Below are positions 18,243 through 28,022 of a DNA stretch of 64,000 bases, in pieces. The notes beneath the pieces were generated by a model that was not told where the DNA came from, searched no databases, and saw only the letters and a list, made by a program, of their open reading frames with translations. The translations under genes were made by a program, and so were the position numbers. The stretch is from Gemmatimonadaceae bacterium. GTDB taxonomy: Bacteria > Gemmatimonadota > Gemmatimonadetes > Gemmatimonadales > Gemmatimonadaceae. The stretch is from the NCBI GenBank assembly GCA_051859245.1, contig JBHYGA010000004.1, forward strand, positions 1,022,910 to 1,086,909. Direction: 5' to 3'. Each line of letters opens with the position of its first letter. Position 1 is the first letter of the stretch.

Positions 18243-19460
18243 ATGAGCTCGTCTTCAGCTGCTTCGTCACGACCCACCGCAATCGCCGTACACGGCATCG
18301 GCGCCACCGAGGACCTGCTCAATGAGGTCCTCGGTGGTCGTGGTTTCGCGCCCGTGCAAATGGTGGGTTCGATTGGCGAGCTGACGGCTCAACTCCGCAC
18401 TAGAAATCCAACGCTCGTGATGGTGCCGGTGCCGGTGGGTGGCGCAGGCAACGAGTTTTCGTTGTTCGAGAACGAATTGCGGCGCCATCCAGGTGTTGCC
18501 GCGATCGGAGTTGCGCCAAGCAAGGATGCGGATACCGTTATCGCCGCCATGCGCGCAGGCGTGCTCGAGTTTCTCGTTGCGCCGGTAGACCCATCGGAAC
18601 TCGCGACGGCAGCGCAACGAGTGTTGTCGAATGTCACCGCGCCGCTAGATCGTGGTCGCATTTACACGGTCTACTCAGCCAAGGGTGGATTGGGCACCAC
18701 CACGCTCGCGACATCACTAGCGTGGTCGCTGGCGCACCGGGGTGGCTTACCTCGGGTGGCATTGGTCGACTTTACAACCACTGGCGCCGGGCTGCGGGTC
18801 ATGCTTGATCTGCAACCGCTTTATGACCTGGGAAGCGTAGCAAATCGTGCGGCCAAACTCGACACGGACTTTCTCGCTTCGTGCCTCGTCAAACACAGCG
18901 AAGGCGTGTACGTGTTGGCAGCCGCTGAAGAGCTCGATGCAGTGGACCCTCTCGACGTGGCGACCGCCGGGCGCGTGCTCGAACTGCTTCGCGCGCAGTT
19001 CGACTTCGTGGTGGTCGATACAGATCATCATTTTGCAGATCAGACATTGGCCGCGCTTGACGCTGCCGATCGAATCGTCCTTGTAACGCAGGCTGATGTC
19101 TCGGCGCTTCGCAGCTCGCAGCGGACTTTGGGAGTGTTCACCCGTCTCGGATACATGGGTGAAAAGATGGTGATCGTCATTAACCGTCGCACTGAGCGTG
19201 ACCGTATTTCTGTCGCGGATGCGGAGCGCGTTCTCGGCCTGCGTGCAGACAGTCGTTTGCCGAACGACTATGCCAGCTGCGCTGATGCGATTACCTACGG
19301 TCGGTTTTTGCAGCAGCAGGCGCCGTCGTCTCCACTCGTTTCAGCAGTGGACAGATTGGCGGCCGTGCTTGCCGGTGACAAATCCGCGGAATCGGTCACG
19401 AGCAATGGAAACGGACAGCACGGTGGGTCGCGTCTCTCTCGTTTGTTCGGTCGAAAGTAG
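18243..19460 (+). CDS. cpaE: CpaE/TadZ (receiver-like domain plus MinD-like ATPase)
   Basis: AMRAGVLEFL, deviant Walker A SAKGGLGTTT and LPND motifs. Confidence 0.88.
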   Translation: MSSSSAASSRPTAIAVHGIGATEDLLNEVLGGRGFAPVQMVGSIGELTAQLRTRNPTLVMVPVPVGGAGNEFSLFENELRRHPGVAAIGVAPSKDADTVIAAMRAGVLEFLVAPVDPSELATAAQRVLSNVTAPLDRGRIYTVYSAKGGLGTTTLATSLAWSLAHRGGLPRVALVDFTTTGAGLRVMLDLQPLYDLGSVANRAAKLDTDFLASCLVKHSEGVYVLAAAEELDAVDPLDVATAGRVLELLRAQFDFVVVDTDHHFADQTLAALDAADRIVLVTQADVSALRSSQRTLGVFTRLGYMGEKMVIVINRRTERDRISVADAERVLGLRADSRLPNDYASCADAITYGRFLQQQAPSSPLVSAVDRLAAVLAGDKSAESVTSNGNGQHGGSRLSRLFGRK

Positions 19461-19496
19461 ACCGCCGTACCGGCCACACCTCCTACCGGCTTCAGC

Positions 19497-20954
19497 ATGT
19501 CCAAGTCACTTCGTGAGCGGTTAACACAGCAGTTTCGCACGGTGCAGCCTGATGGCACGCCGGCGATCGAAGCTGGCGATGGTACGGCACCCTTAAGCCC
19601 CGCACTCGCCTCGGCAACATCGCCGTCCAGCAACGGGGCCTCCGGCATGTTCAGCGCGCGCCGCGGCATCGAAGCCGCGGCGCTGAGCCCGGTGGAGGAG
19701 TTGAAGCGAACGATTCACAGAAAGCTTATCGAACGGTTGGATCTGGAAGCGCTTGAGGCCATCACGGACGAGAAGGTGATCGCCGGACAGATCCGAACTG
19801 CTGTCGCCGAGTTGCTGCGCGGCGAGACGACACCACTTTCTCAGTCCGAGCGCGAAGAGCTTGTGGAACAAGTTGTCTACGAAGTGATTGGTCTTGGTCC
19901 GATCGAGCCGCTCTTTCGCGATCGCACTGTTAGCGACATCCTCGTGAATGGTCCGCGCGACATTTACGTCGAGCGCGGTGGCAAACTGCAGCGTGTCGTG
20001 ACGCATTTTCGGAACGAAGCGCATTTGCTGGCCGTGATCGACCGCATAGTAAGCCGAGTTGGGCGACGCGTTGACGAATCATCTCCGATGGTGGATGCGC
20101 GACTACCAGATGGCTCTCGTGTCAACGCGATCATCAAGCCACTCGCCGTTGACGCGCCGATTCTATCCATTCGTCGTTTTGGGGCCGAGCTCAACGCTAA
20201 CAAGCTCGTAGAGCTTGGCGCGCTCACGGATGAAATGTTGTATTTGCTGAGCGGATGCGTGAAAGCACGATTGAACATCCTGGTTTCCGGAGGCACCGGA
20301 TCCGGAAAAACCACGATGCTCAATGCGCTAAGCTCGTTCATTCCGAGTACCGAGCGTGTCATTACCATCGAAGACGCCGCCGAACTTCGCCTGCAGCAAG
20401 AACATGTGGTTCGTTTGGAAACGCGTCCACCCAACGCAGAAGGGCGCGGCGAGGTAGTGATGCGCGATCTGGTGAAGAACGCGCTACGTATGCGCCCTGA
20501 TCGAATCATTGTTGGTGAAGTACGCGCAGGCGAAGCACTCGACATGTTGCAGGCAATGAACACCGGTCACGAAGGATCCCTGACGACGGTGCATGCCAAC
20601 ACGCCTCGTGATGCCATTTCGCGACTGGAAACGATGATTCTGTTCTCTGGCACGAACCTGCCAGATCGCGCGATGCGCGAGCAGATATCGTCGGCGTTGG
20701 ACGTAATCATTCAGGTGAGCCGCCTGTCAGATGGAACGCGCCGCGTTACCAGCGTTGCCGAAGTGACTGGCATGGAAGGCGACGTTGTCCAGATGCAGGA
20801 AATCTATCGGTTTCGAAAGAGCGGCATTTCAGCTGAGGGGAAAGTCATTGGCGTGTTCGAGGCAACGGGCGTTCGCCCCCGTTTCGCCGAACGCTTGAAG
20901 ATTGCGGGTATTGAACTGCCGGCGCGACTCTTTCTTGACGCCAAGGGAGGCTGA
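19497..20954 (+). CDS. cpaF: Tad secretion ATPase CpaF/TadA
   Basis: [23 protein letters not shown] and AMNTGHEGS motifs. Confidence 0.96.
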   Translation: MSKSLRERLTQQFRTVQPDGTPAIEAGDGTAPLSPALASATSPSSNGASGMFSARRGIEAAALSPVEELKRTIHRKLIERLDLEALEAITDEKVIAGQIRTAVAELLRGETTPLSQSEREELVEQVVYEVIGLGPIEPLFRDRTVSDILVNGPRDIYVERGGKLQRVVTHFRNEAHLLAVIDRIVSRVGRRVDESSPMVDARLPDGSRVNAIIKPLAVDAPILSIRRFGAELNANKLVELGALTDEMLYLLSGCVKARLNILVSGGTGSGKTTMLNALSSFIPSTERVITIEDAAELRLQQEHVVRLETRPPNAEGRGEVVMRDLVKNALRMRPDRIIVGEVRAGEALDMLQAMNTGHEGSLTTVHANTPRDAISRLETMILFSGTNLPDRAMREQISSALDVIIQVSRLSDGTRRVTSVAEVTGMEGDVVQMQEIYRFRKSGISAEGKVIGVFEATGVRPRFAERLKIAGIELPARLFLDAKGG

Positions 20955-20959
20955 GGCGC

Positions 20960-21925
20960 GTGTTTGGAAATCCGCTCTACATTGCGATCGCGACCGCAGT
21001 CAGTTCGCTGCTGCTGATCCTTGGTTTGTACTTCTATTTCAACCGCCAGCGCATTGCGCGCGAGCGGTCGTTGCGCGAGCGCCTGGGAGAGCTGGCTGGT
21101 CTGAGCCGCACCACCGACTCGGTGGCGATTCTTCGTGATACGGAGTCTAGCAACAGTATTCTTGACGCTGTGCTCGAAGGACGCTCCTTTGTCGCAAAGC
21201 TCGAAGCGTCCACTGCACAGAGTGGCCTGGGTTGGAGTGCCGGCGAGTTCGCAGGATTCGTGCTGCTTGGCATGATGGCCGGTGTGCTCGCGTCATTCGT
21301 CGTGGACCCGCTGTTGGCGCTGCTTGTCGGCGCGCTCGGAATGGCCACGCCTTTCGTCATCGTTGCCCGCAGCAAGGCAAAACGCGAGAAGGCTATTGAA
21401 GAGCAGCTACCGGAAGCAGTGGATATGCTCGTGAACTCGCTTCGTGCCGGATATTCACTGCAAGCGGGAATGAGTTTCGTCGGGACTGAGCTTCCGTACC
21501 CGCTGGGTCCCGAGTTTGTGCGATTCTACGACGAACAGCGGCTGGGCATTGATACGCGTCAGGCGCTCGACAATCTGCAAGGCCGACTTGGAACGCTCGA
21601 CGCACGCATGTTCGTGTTGGCGATCCTCATCCAGCGGGAAACCGGCGGCAATCTTTCCGAGATTCTGGGAAACATATCCACCGTTATTCGGGACCGCATC
21701 AATTTTCGTGGTCAGGTGGATGTGCTGACCGCAGAGTCGAAGCTTTCGGCTGTTGTGCTCGCAGCGATTCCGATTGGAATGTTCTTTTTCATCCGGTTTG
21801 TCAGCCCTGACTACGCCGCACAGTTGACTGACACCGAGTTCGGCCAGTCACTCATTCTGTATGGTGTGGTGTCTCTGGTCATCGGCTTCTTCTGGCTGCG
21901 CCGAGTGGCGCACATCGAGGTGTAG
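20960..21925 (+). CDS. tadB: TadB (T2SS-F family) platform protein
   Basis: QLPEAVD..SLRAG and QRETGGNLSEIL motifs. Confidence 0.92.
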   Translation: MFGNPLYIAIATAVSSLLLILGLYFYFNRQRIARERSLRERLGELAGLSRTTDSVAILRDTESSNSILDAVLEGRSFVAKLEASTAQSGLGWSAGEFAGFVLLGMMAGVLASFVVDPLLALLVGALGMATPFVIVARSKAKREKAIEEQLPEAVDMLVNSLRAGYSLQAGMSFVGTELPYPLGPEFVRFYDEQRLGIDTRQALDNLQGRLGTLDARMFVLAILIQRETGGNLSEILGNISTVIRDRINFRGQVDVLTAESKLSAVVLAAIPIGMFFFIRFVSPDYAAQLTDTEFGQSLILYGVVSLVIGFFWLRRVAHIEV

Positions 21926-21928
21926 CCG

Positions 21929-22852
21929 ATGCCGACGCAATTGTTCGGGTTGCCGATTCCGCTGCTCTTGGCAATTGCCGCGTGCGCCGCGGCGATTGGT
22001 GTCGCGGCCATTGCAATCCTCGGCGAGCGCGAACGTCGTTCGGTGCTACGCCGAGCGACAGGTGGTCTCGAACTCCCAAGCGCTGTTCGCAACGAAGAGC
22101 GCCGCTTCAGTACCCAGCTTGTCGACTGGCTTGCGGCTCGTGTTCCGGCGAACGTAGGAAGCGGCACGCAGAGCACCAGTCAGCTGGTTCAAGCCGGCTT
22201 TGACAGTGAAATTGCGCCTGCGGTCTTCGGTCTCGTGCGCATCGTGAGCGTCGTTGTTTTCCCGCTTGCTGGACTGGCCGTCGCGCCTCGCGACGACGCC
22301 GTCTATTTCGGTGCAACGGTTGGCATTGCAGCAATGTTTGGCCTCTTGCTTCCGAAGGCGGCGCTTGATCGACTCACGACGCAGCGACAGGACAAGATTC
22401 GCAAGGGCATTCCGGACGCGCTCGATTTGCTCGTCGTGTGCGTTGAGGCTGGCGTGGCCCTAGATGCTGCAGTGCAGCGCGTTGCACGAGAACTGAAGCT
22501 CGTACATCCGCTGTTGGCCGGAGAACTTGTGGCCATGAGCCGGCGTATATCTGCAGGTATGGCACGTGAGCAGGCAATGCAGGGTTTGTATCTTCGTACC
22601 GGTGTTGATGAACTTCGAGGACTCTCGTCGCACATGGTGCAGAGCGAGAAATGGGGAACGTCGATCGTCACGGTACTGCGGGTCTACTCCGACCAGCTGC
22701 GCCGTAAGCGCAAGATGGCTGCTGAGCGCCGAGCTGCTACGGCCTCAACGCGAATGTTGCTTCCGCTCGCAGTGTTCATTTTCCCAACGATCTTTGTAGT
22801 GCTGCTCGGACCGGCAATGATGCGAATCATTGCAATGTTTGCACAAATGTAG
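21929..22852 (+). CDS. tadC: TadC (T2SS-F family) platform protein
   Basis: PDALDLLVVCVEAG, QSEKWGTS and FIFP...LGPA motifs. Confidence 0.92.
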   Translation: MPTQLFGLPIPLLLAIAACAAAIGVAAIAILGERERRSVLRRATGGLELPSAVRNEERRFSTQLVDWLAARVPANVGSGTQSTSQLVQAGFDSEIAPAVFGLVRIVSVVVFPLAGLAVAPRDDAVYFGATVGIAAMFGLLLPKAALDRLTTQRQDKIRKGIPDALDLLVVCVEAGVALDAAVQRVARELKLVHPLLAGELVAMSRRISAGMAREQAMQGLYLRTGVDELRGLSSHMVQSEKWGTSIVTVLRVYSDQLRRKRKMAAERRAATASTRMLLPLAVFIFPTIFVVLLGPAMMRIIAMFAQM

Positions 22853-22909
22853 TGTTCGCGTTCGAGAAAGTTGTTTCGATATACGTACCGCCGAGGCGGG
22901 AGGCTGAAA

Positions 22910-24013
22910 ATGACGAAGACAGCAAAGGAAGCGAGATTGCAGCGAAGCAGGGTTCAAAAGGCTCGTCGCGGTGCGACACTTGTCATCGTGGCGCTTCTGA
23001 CCACCCTACTCATGAGCTTTGCTGCCTTCGGAATTGATTTCGGCCGCATGTTTGCTTACAAGTCGCAGCTTAAGGTGTTGGCCGACGCGGCTGCGCTCTC
23101 AGCGGTAACTGACCTCAAGAACGGTGCGACCGAGGCAGACGCCAAGGCCAGAGCGATTGCGCTCCGTACAGTGAATACGGTCGAAGGACAGCTCGCAACC
23201 TTCGTGGATGCGGACATCGAACCAGGCACCTACACGTTTGCATCCGATTCGTTTGAGGTGACATCGTGGGCGAATGCTACAGCGGTTCGCACCTCGCCGC
23301 GACATACCTCGGATTACACGCTCGCCCGAGTATTCGGCAGGGCGAATCGTGCGCTTCGTGAGTCGTCGATTGCGGCGCTTGGTTCGTATGTCTCTTCGGC
23401 CTGCCTAGCGCCAATCGCAATTCCGTACTCGAATCTGCTTCGGTCAATCAACCCGAACAATGTTGATACCTCGCGAACCCTCACCGCGGCCGACCTCGCG
23501 TTCCTCGCGGCGAATAACACGCCAATACAATTGACGGGAAGCGTACCGGGCTCCGGTGACATGCTTTCGCCTGGTTGGTTTTCACTGATCAATCTTGGAA
23601 CTGGGAACGGGAACACTCAGGATGTCCAAGCTGCGTTGGTGAATGCTCTCGACGGCTGCGCGGTTGGCTACGTCGCAAGCGTTGGCGACTGGCTCGACAT
23701 TGTCCCTGGAACAGGTGGCTGGAACTCCAACGTGCAGCAGTGGCGAGATCTGTGTGGTGGTAACAATCAGATGAACAACTGCACGCGCACGATTCAGATT
23801 CCAGTCGTCAACTCTTGGAATGGACAGCCCGGTACACAGGCTGCGTGGCAGATCGAGTACGTGGCCGCGATTCGACTCACGCGCATCGTTATGCCGACGG
23901 GCGCGAGCAGTCCCGCAGAAGTGCACGGCTACTTCACGCTTGATCAAGCCGGCGGCGGTGTTGGATTGTCTCCGTTCCCGGGTCCAGTGCAGGGCGTGGC
24001 GCTGGTACGATAG
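22910..24013 (+). CDS. tadG: TadG-related minor pilin/adhesin
   Basis: RRG|ATLVIVA prepilin-like N-terminus, GIDFGR...LQ-like ADAAALS Tad_N motif; Cys- and Asn-rich C-terminal domain. Confidence 0.8.
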   Translation: MTKTAKEARLQRSRVQKARRGATLVIVALLTTLLMSFAAFGIDFGRMFAYKSQLKVLADAAALSAVTDLKNGATEADAKARAIALRTVNTVEGQLATFVDADIEPGTYTFASDSFEVTSWANATAVRTSPRHTSDYTLARVFGRANRALRESSIAALGSYVSSACLAPIAIPYSNLLRSINPNNVDTSRTLTAADLAFLAANNTPIQLTGSVPGSGDMLSPGWFSLINLGTGNGNTQDVQAALVNALDGCAVGYVASVGDWLDIVPGTGGWNSNVQQWRDLCGGNNQMNNCTRTIQIPVVNSWNGQPGTQAAWQIEYVAAIRLTRIVMPTGASSPAEVHGYFTLDQAGGGVGLSPFPGPVQGVALVR

Positions 24014-24082
24014 ACGCTCCGTGGCAGGTGCGGTGAATCATCTCGTCTCATCAGCCTCCACGATCCGAACGGATAGAAGCTC

Positions 24083-25642
24083 ATGCTGACTCCTGGAACG
24101 CAAGTCGCGTCGATCGCCCCTGGTCAGTGGATGGTCGCGCGCACACCTGATGCGAAGCCTGCCGTCATTGCGTCGTTCCCTGACGTGCGTGACGTGGAAT
24201 CGGTGTGGTCGCAGCTTGAGCGTTGGTGTGCGGCGTTGCATGCGGCTGCGGAACCAGGCGTGGAAGTTCCCGTTCCGCTCCGTTTGCCTGACGGTGTGAT
24301 CCGTTTGGCATACGGCATGATTCCGTGGCGTGTGGGCGCGCAAGCGCTCACGGCGATGATTTCGCATCACCACTCGATAGTGGTGTTGCGTCAACTTGCA
24401 CAAGCGCTGGATGCGCTCCACGCGCGTCGGATTGTTCACGGCGCGCTGGGGCTGGATTCCATCTGGTGGGAGTCGGCGGAGCGCGTCAGGATTCCAGACT
24501 TCGGTTTGGCGCACGCACTTGATGGTCTGGTAGATGCGCCATCGATTGCTGCGGCGTACCACGCTCCGGAACTGTGGCGCGGCGAATCGCCCACCCCCGC
24601 AAGTGATGAGTTCGCGTTTGCAACGGTTGCGGTCGAGTTACTCAGCGGCGTCCCACGCAAGCCGGTCTCTGAAGTTGAAGGTCTGGTGGCGTTTGAGCCG
24701 CTCACGCTCGATCCGCACGCGCCCATGTTTCAGGGCGGTGCACGAGGCATGTATGACGTCTTGCAGCGCGCGCTGAGCGCGGCACCCTCTGCTCGATTCC
24801 CTTCTTGCTCTGCCTTTGTAGAGGCGCTCGAAGGACACATCGCGCCGCTCGGTTCGCTACGCACGTATCATCCGAGGTTCGGAAATATCAGGGGCCGAGT
24901 GACGGCACGCGGGGTCGGGTTTTCGCTGGTAGCAGTGGGTGCGCTCGCCGCCGCGTTCTATGTTGCGCAGCAGCCCGCTGCGCCAGCAAAGCTCGCGTCG
25001 GCAGTTGGGGAAAAAATGCCAGATATGAGTCGTGTGGAGACTGTCATGCCGAACAATGCGCCGCGCGGCACAGTTCGCGAGGCGTTGGGCTCACTTCGTC
25101 GCGATCCGTCATCGGCGCAGCGTCCCGCGGGTGTGACGAACGAGCCGGGCATCACGGCTGAGCCGTCGGCAAGCAGCGTCCAGCTGAACTCAGCAAGTCG
25201 TGAGCAGCCTGCGGCAGGGAGTAGTGTTGGCGTCGAGTCGCGCCCGGCCGGCTCGGCTGGCGCGCAAGTGTCTGTGCCCACGGCGTCGATGCCCGACAGT
25301 TTTCGCACTGCAGGAGATTCAACATCGGGACTATTTGATCGCGTATCCAATGCGGTAACATCCGCGGTTCAAAGTGCTCGAGGCAGAGCGCCGTTGTCTG
25401 AAGCGCAGCAGTCCGCATCCGCCGCACTTTCCCGAACGGGTGCAATCCGCCTTGAAGTGCCGCCGCAGAGCCGTGTCTACCTCGACGGCGTGCTGCAAGT
25501 GGGGACGCCTTCCATCCTTACTGCTGTTGCGGGTCCGCATGATCTGGACATTTGGACACCCGGCGCGACCGAGCCGCAACGTCGACGGGTTAGTGTGATC
25601 GCTGCAGATACGGCGTTCGTGCGCGTGACTCGGTCGCGCTAG
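24083..25642 (+). CDS. Degenerate Hanks-type Ser/Thr kinase (pseudokinase) with TM segment, low-complexity linker and PEGA-like C-terminal domain
   Basis: IVHGAL replaces HRDL; DFG, APE, SD.FA and ARF are retained; hydrophobic helix near aa 275-295; RVYLDGV..G in the C-terminus. Confidence 0.75.
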   Translation: MLTPGTQVASIAPGQWMVARTPDAKPAVIASFPDVRDVESVWSQLERWCAALHAAAEPGVEVPVPLRLPDGVIRLAYGMIPWRVGAQALTAMISHHHSIVVLRQLAQALDALHARRIVHGALGLDSIWWESAERVRIPDFGLAHALDGLVDAPSIAAAYHAPELWRGESPTPASDEFAFATVAVELLSGVPRKPVSEVEGLVAFEPLTLDPHAPMFQGGARGMYDVLQRALSAAPSARFPSCSAFVEALEGHIAPLGSLRTYHPRFGNIRGRVTARGVGFSLVAVGALAAAFYVAQQPAAPAKLASAVGEKMPDMSRVETVMPNNAPRGTVREALGSLRRDPSSAQRPAGVTNEPGITAEPSASSVQLNSASREQPAAGSSVGVESRPAGSAGAQVSVPTASMPDSFRTAGDSTSGLFDRVSNAVTSAVQSARGRAPLSEAQQSASAALSRTGAIRLEVPPQSRVYLDGVLQVGTPSILTAVAGPHDLDIWTPGATEPQRRRVSVIAADTAFVRVTRSR

Positions 25643-25646
25643 CTCG

Positions 25647-26936
25647 TCATTTCGTCCGCATCCATCTCCACGCCTCGGCGAGTGTCGCACGTTTCCCGTA
25701 CATCAACACACCCGTCCGGTACAGACGCGACGCAAAGAGTGTCGCCACCATCGCCGAAAGCGCTAGGATGATAAGCGATCCCGCTGCTTCAAGATCGGGG
25801 ACAGGCGCAAGACTTAATCGCAGCGGCAATACAATCGGTGACGAGAACGGCAACAGCGTCATGATCGTGCTGAGCGATCCTTCAGGGTTGGTGACCACAC
25901 CCTGAACCATCGCCAGGCTCATCACCAGCAGCAGCACCACCGGCAACTGCGCCTGCTGCGCGTCTTGTTCCGTGCTCACCATTGCACCCACTGCGGCAAA
26001 CAACGCTGCGTAAAACAGGAACCCAAGCAGAAAGCTGAGCATGATGAGCACGGCCAGCGCGAGGGTGACATCCGGCAACGCAAACGCATCCACACGCATC
26101 CCGAACTTGGCCAGAATCGGCGCACGAATTGCCATTAATCCGGCCGACATCGCGGTCCACAATATCAGCTGCGTAAACCCGACGGCTCCAATACCAAGCA
26201 CCTTGCCGAGCAGTAACGTGTTCGACGACACGCTCGACAACACCACTTCCGCCACACGTGTCTGCTTCTCTTCAAGTACACCGCGCATCACGTTCGAACC
26301 GTGCATGAAAATCGTGAGATAAAGCGTTACAGCGACACCGATCGCGAACAACACACCCACCCGGCCTGAGCCACCGCGGCCGCGCGTAGTCAAGCGCTCT
26401 GTATTCAATCGAATTCGCATGCCGGCCAGCGTTGTGCTCTGATCTGCACCCAGCCCACTCGCTTCAAGACGTCGCGTGAGCACCGCCTTGGTTGCCGCGC
26501 CTTCGAGCTGCTGCATCGTGAGCAGCGCGGTGGTATTGCGCCCCGAATACGGCAACCGCCCGCCATCAATCCCAGACGGATCGAGCACCAGATACCCAAC
26601 AATCTTGCCGGAGAGCACATCGGCCGTTGCCCGGGCTTCCGCATCAAGACGTTCCTGGCGCCCCGTTACGTGCTGCCAATCGGCACGCGATGTATCACCC
26701 GTTACACCACCGCGCAGCGAGTTCGCAATCAGCGACCCCACGGAGTCCGGCGTGCTGTCAATAATGCGAATCGTACCGCTCTCGCTCCGGCGTTCACGCT
26801 CACCCATGATGGCCGGCAAAAACAGCATCAGCACCAGAAACACCGGCGCTAACATGGTCGCAATCAGGAACCACTTGGAACGCACGCGCTCGAAGTATTC
26901 TCGGCGCACAATCGTATCGAGCTTGGACTCAGCCAT
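25647..26936 (-). CDS. ABC-2 type transporter permease (NatB/YhaP-like)
   Basis: RREYFERVR, EEKQTRVAEV and LLLGKVLG motifs; 6 TM segments. Confidence 0.9.
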   Translation of the reverse strand: MAESKLDTIVRREYFERVRSKWFLIATMLAPVFLVLMLFLPAIMGERERRSESGTIRIIDSTPDSVGSLIANSLRGGVTGDTSRADWQHVTGRQERLDAEARATADVLSGKIVGYLVLDPSGIDGGRLPYSGRNTTALLTMQQLEGAATKAVLTRRLEASGLGADQSTTLAGMRIRLNTERLTTRGRGGSGRVGVLFAIGVAVTLYLTIFMHGSNVMRGVLEEKQTRVAEVVLSSVSSNTLLLGKVLGIGAVGFTQLILWTAMSAGLMAIRAPILAKFGMRVDAFALPDVTLALAVLIMLSFLLGFLFYAALFAAVGAMVSTEQDAQQAQLPVVLLLVMSLAMVQGVVTNPEGSLSTIMTLLPFSSPIVLPLRLSLAPVPDLEAAGSLIILALSAMVATLFASRLYRTGVLMYGKRATLAEAWRWMRTK

Positions 26937-27906
26937 GACCGCTCATCCCCGTTTCCACGTCGTGGGCGCCAACCTTCTCGAGGAAAATGCGGTGCAGCGA
27001 CGGACGCACCAACTCAAAGCGCTCAAGACGCGCACCGGCGCTCACGAGTCGTGCGAGCAACTCCTGCGGATCAGCGCCAGGCGCGAGTTCTACTTCTGCC
27101 GAGCGATGTCCGTCATTCACATGCTGCACGAGCGAGCGATCGTTGAGTACGGCGAGCACGCCATTTTCAGGCGCCACCTCAAACACAACACTCGCAATGT
27201 TCGTCGCGCGTTCTGCTCGCACATCACTCACCGATCCGTCCAGCACTTTCACACCACCCGAAATAATGCACACCGCGTCGCACATACGTTCGGCGTTGTC
27301 CATGACGTGCGTGCTCAACACCACCGTGCGACCCTGCTGACGAATCTCAACCACGGTGTCTTTCAGCGCCTGCGCATTCACGGGGTCAAGCCCGCTGAAC
27401 GGCTCATCGAGAATGACCAGCTCAGGTTCATGCAACAACGCCCCAATGAACTGCACTTTCTGCTGCATGCCGCGTGACAACTCGTCAACACGCGCCAACC
27501 CCCAGTCTTCGCCGCCGCGACCGCGCAACTGAAAGCGCTCCAGCCACGCGTCCACTTTACGCGGCAACTCGGCGCGCGGCACGCTCTTGAGTCGGCCCAG
27601 AAAAATGAGCACGTCGCGCACGCGCATTTTGCGGTACAGTCCGCGCTCTTCGGGCAGGTATCCCACACGATCCGTGATCGTGGCATCGCCACTCGGCACG
27701 CCGAGCACCTGAATGCTCCCCGCGTCCGGCGCGATGATGTTCATGATCATGCGGATCGTGGTGGTCTTGCCGGCCCCGTTGGGGCCGAGCAGGCCGTACA
27801 CCGAACCGCGGGGCACGCGAAGTGACAAGTCGCGCACCGCGACATGGCCCTCGTAGCGCTTCACCGCGCCGTTGATCTCTATTGCCGCAGCGGAACTGGT
27901 AGTCAA
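26929..27906 (-). CDS. ABC transporter ATP-binding protein (NatA/YhaQ-like)
   Basis: GPNGAGKTT, LSRGMQQK and ILDEPFSGLD motifs. Confidence 0.93.
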   Translation of the reverse strand: MTTSSAAAIEINGAVKRYEGHVAVRDLSLRVPRGSVYGLLGPNGAGKTTTIRMIMNIIAPDAGSIQVLGVPSGDATITDRVGYLPEERGLYRKMRVRDVLIFLGRLKSVPRAELPRKVDAWLERFQLRGRGGEDWGLARVDELSRGMQQKVQFIGALLHEPELVILDEPFSGLDPVNAQALKDTVVEIRQQGRTVVLSTHVMDNAERMCDAVCIISGGVKVLDGSVSDVRAERATNIASVVFEVAPENGVLAVLNDRSLVQHVNDGHRSAEVELAPGADPQELLARLVSAGARLERFELVRPSLHRIFLEKVGAHDVETGMSGHG

Positions 27907-28022
27907 CAGAACACCACACGAGGAAAGAAAGGAACGCCCGAACGCGCCGGTTCTATAAAAAGATCGGCAGCGGTACTCGTGGAGAGTAGCGAACGTGACT
28001 GCCGACGCACCAGCTTACCCAC

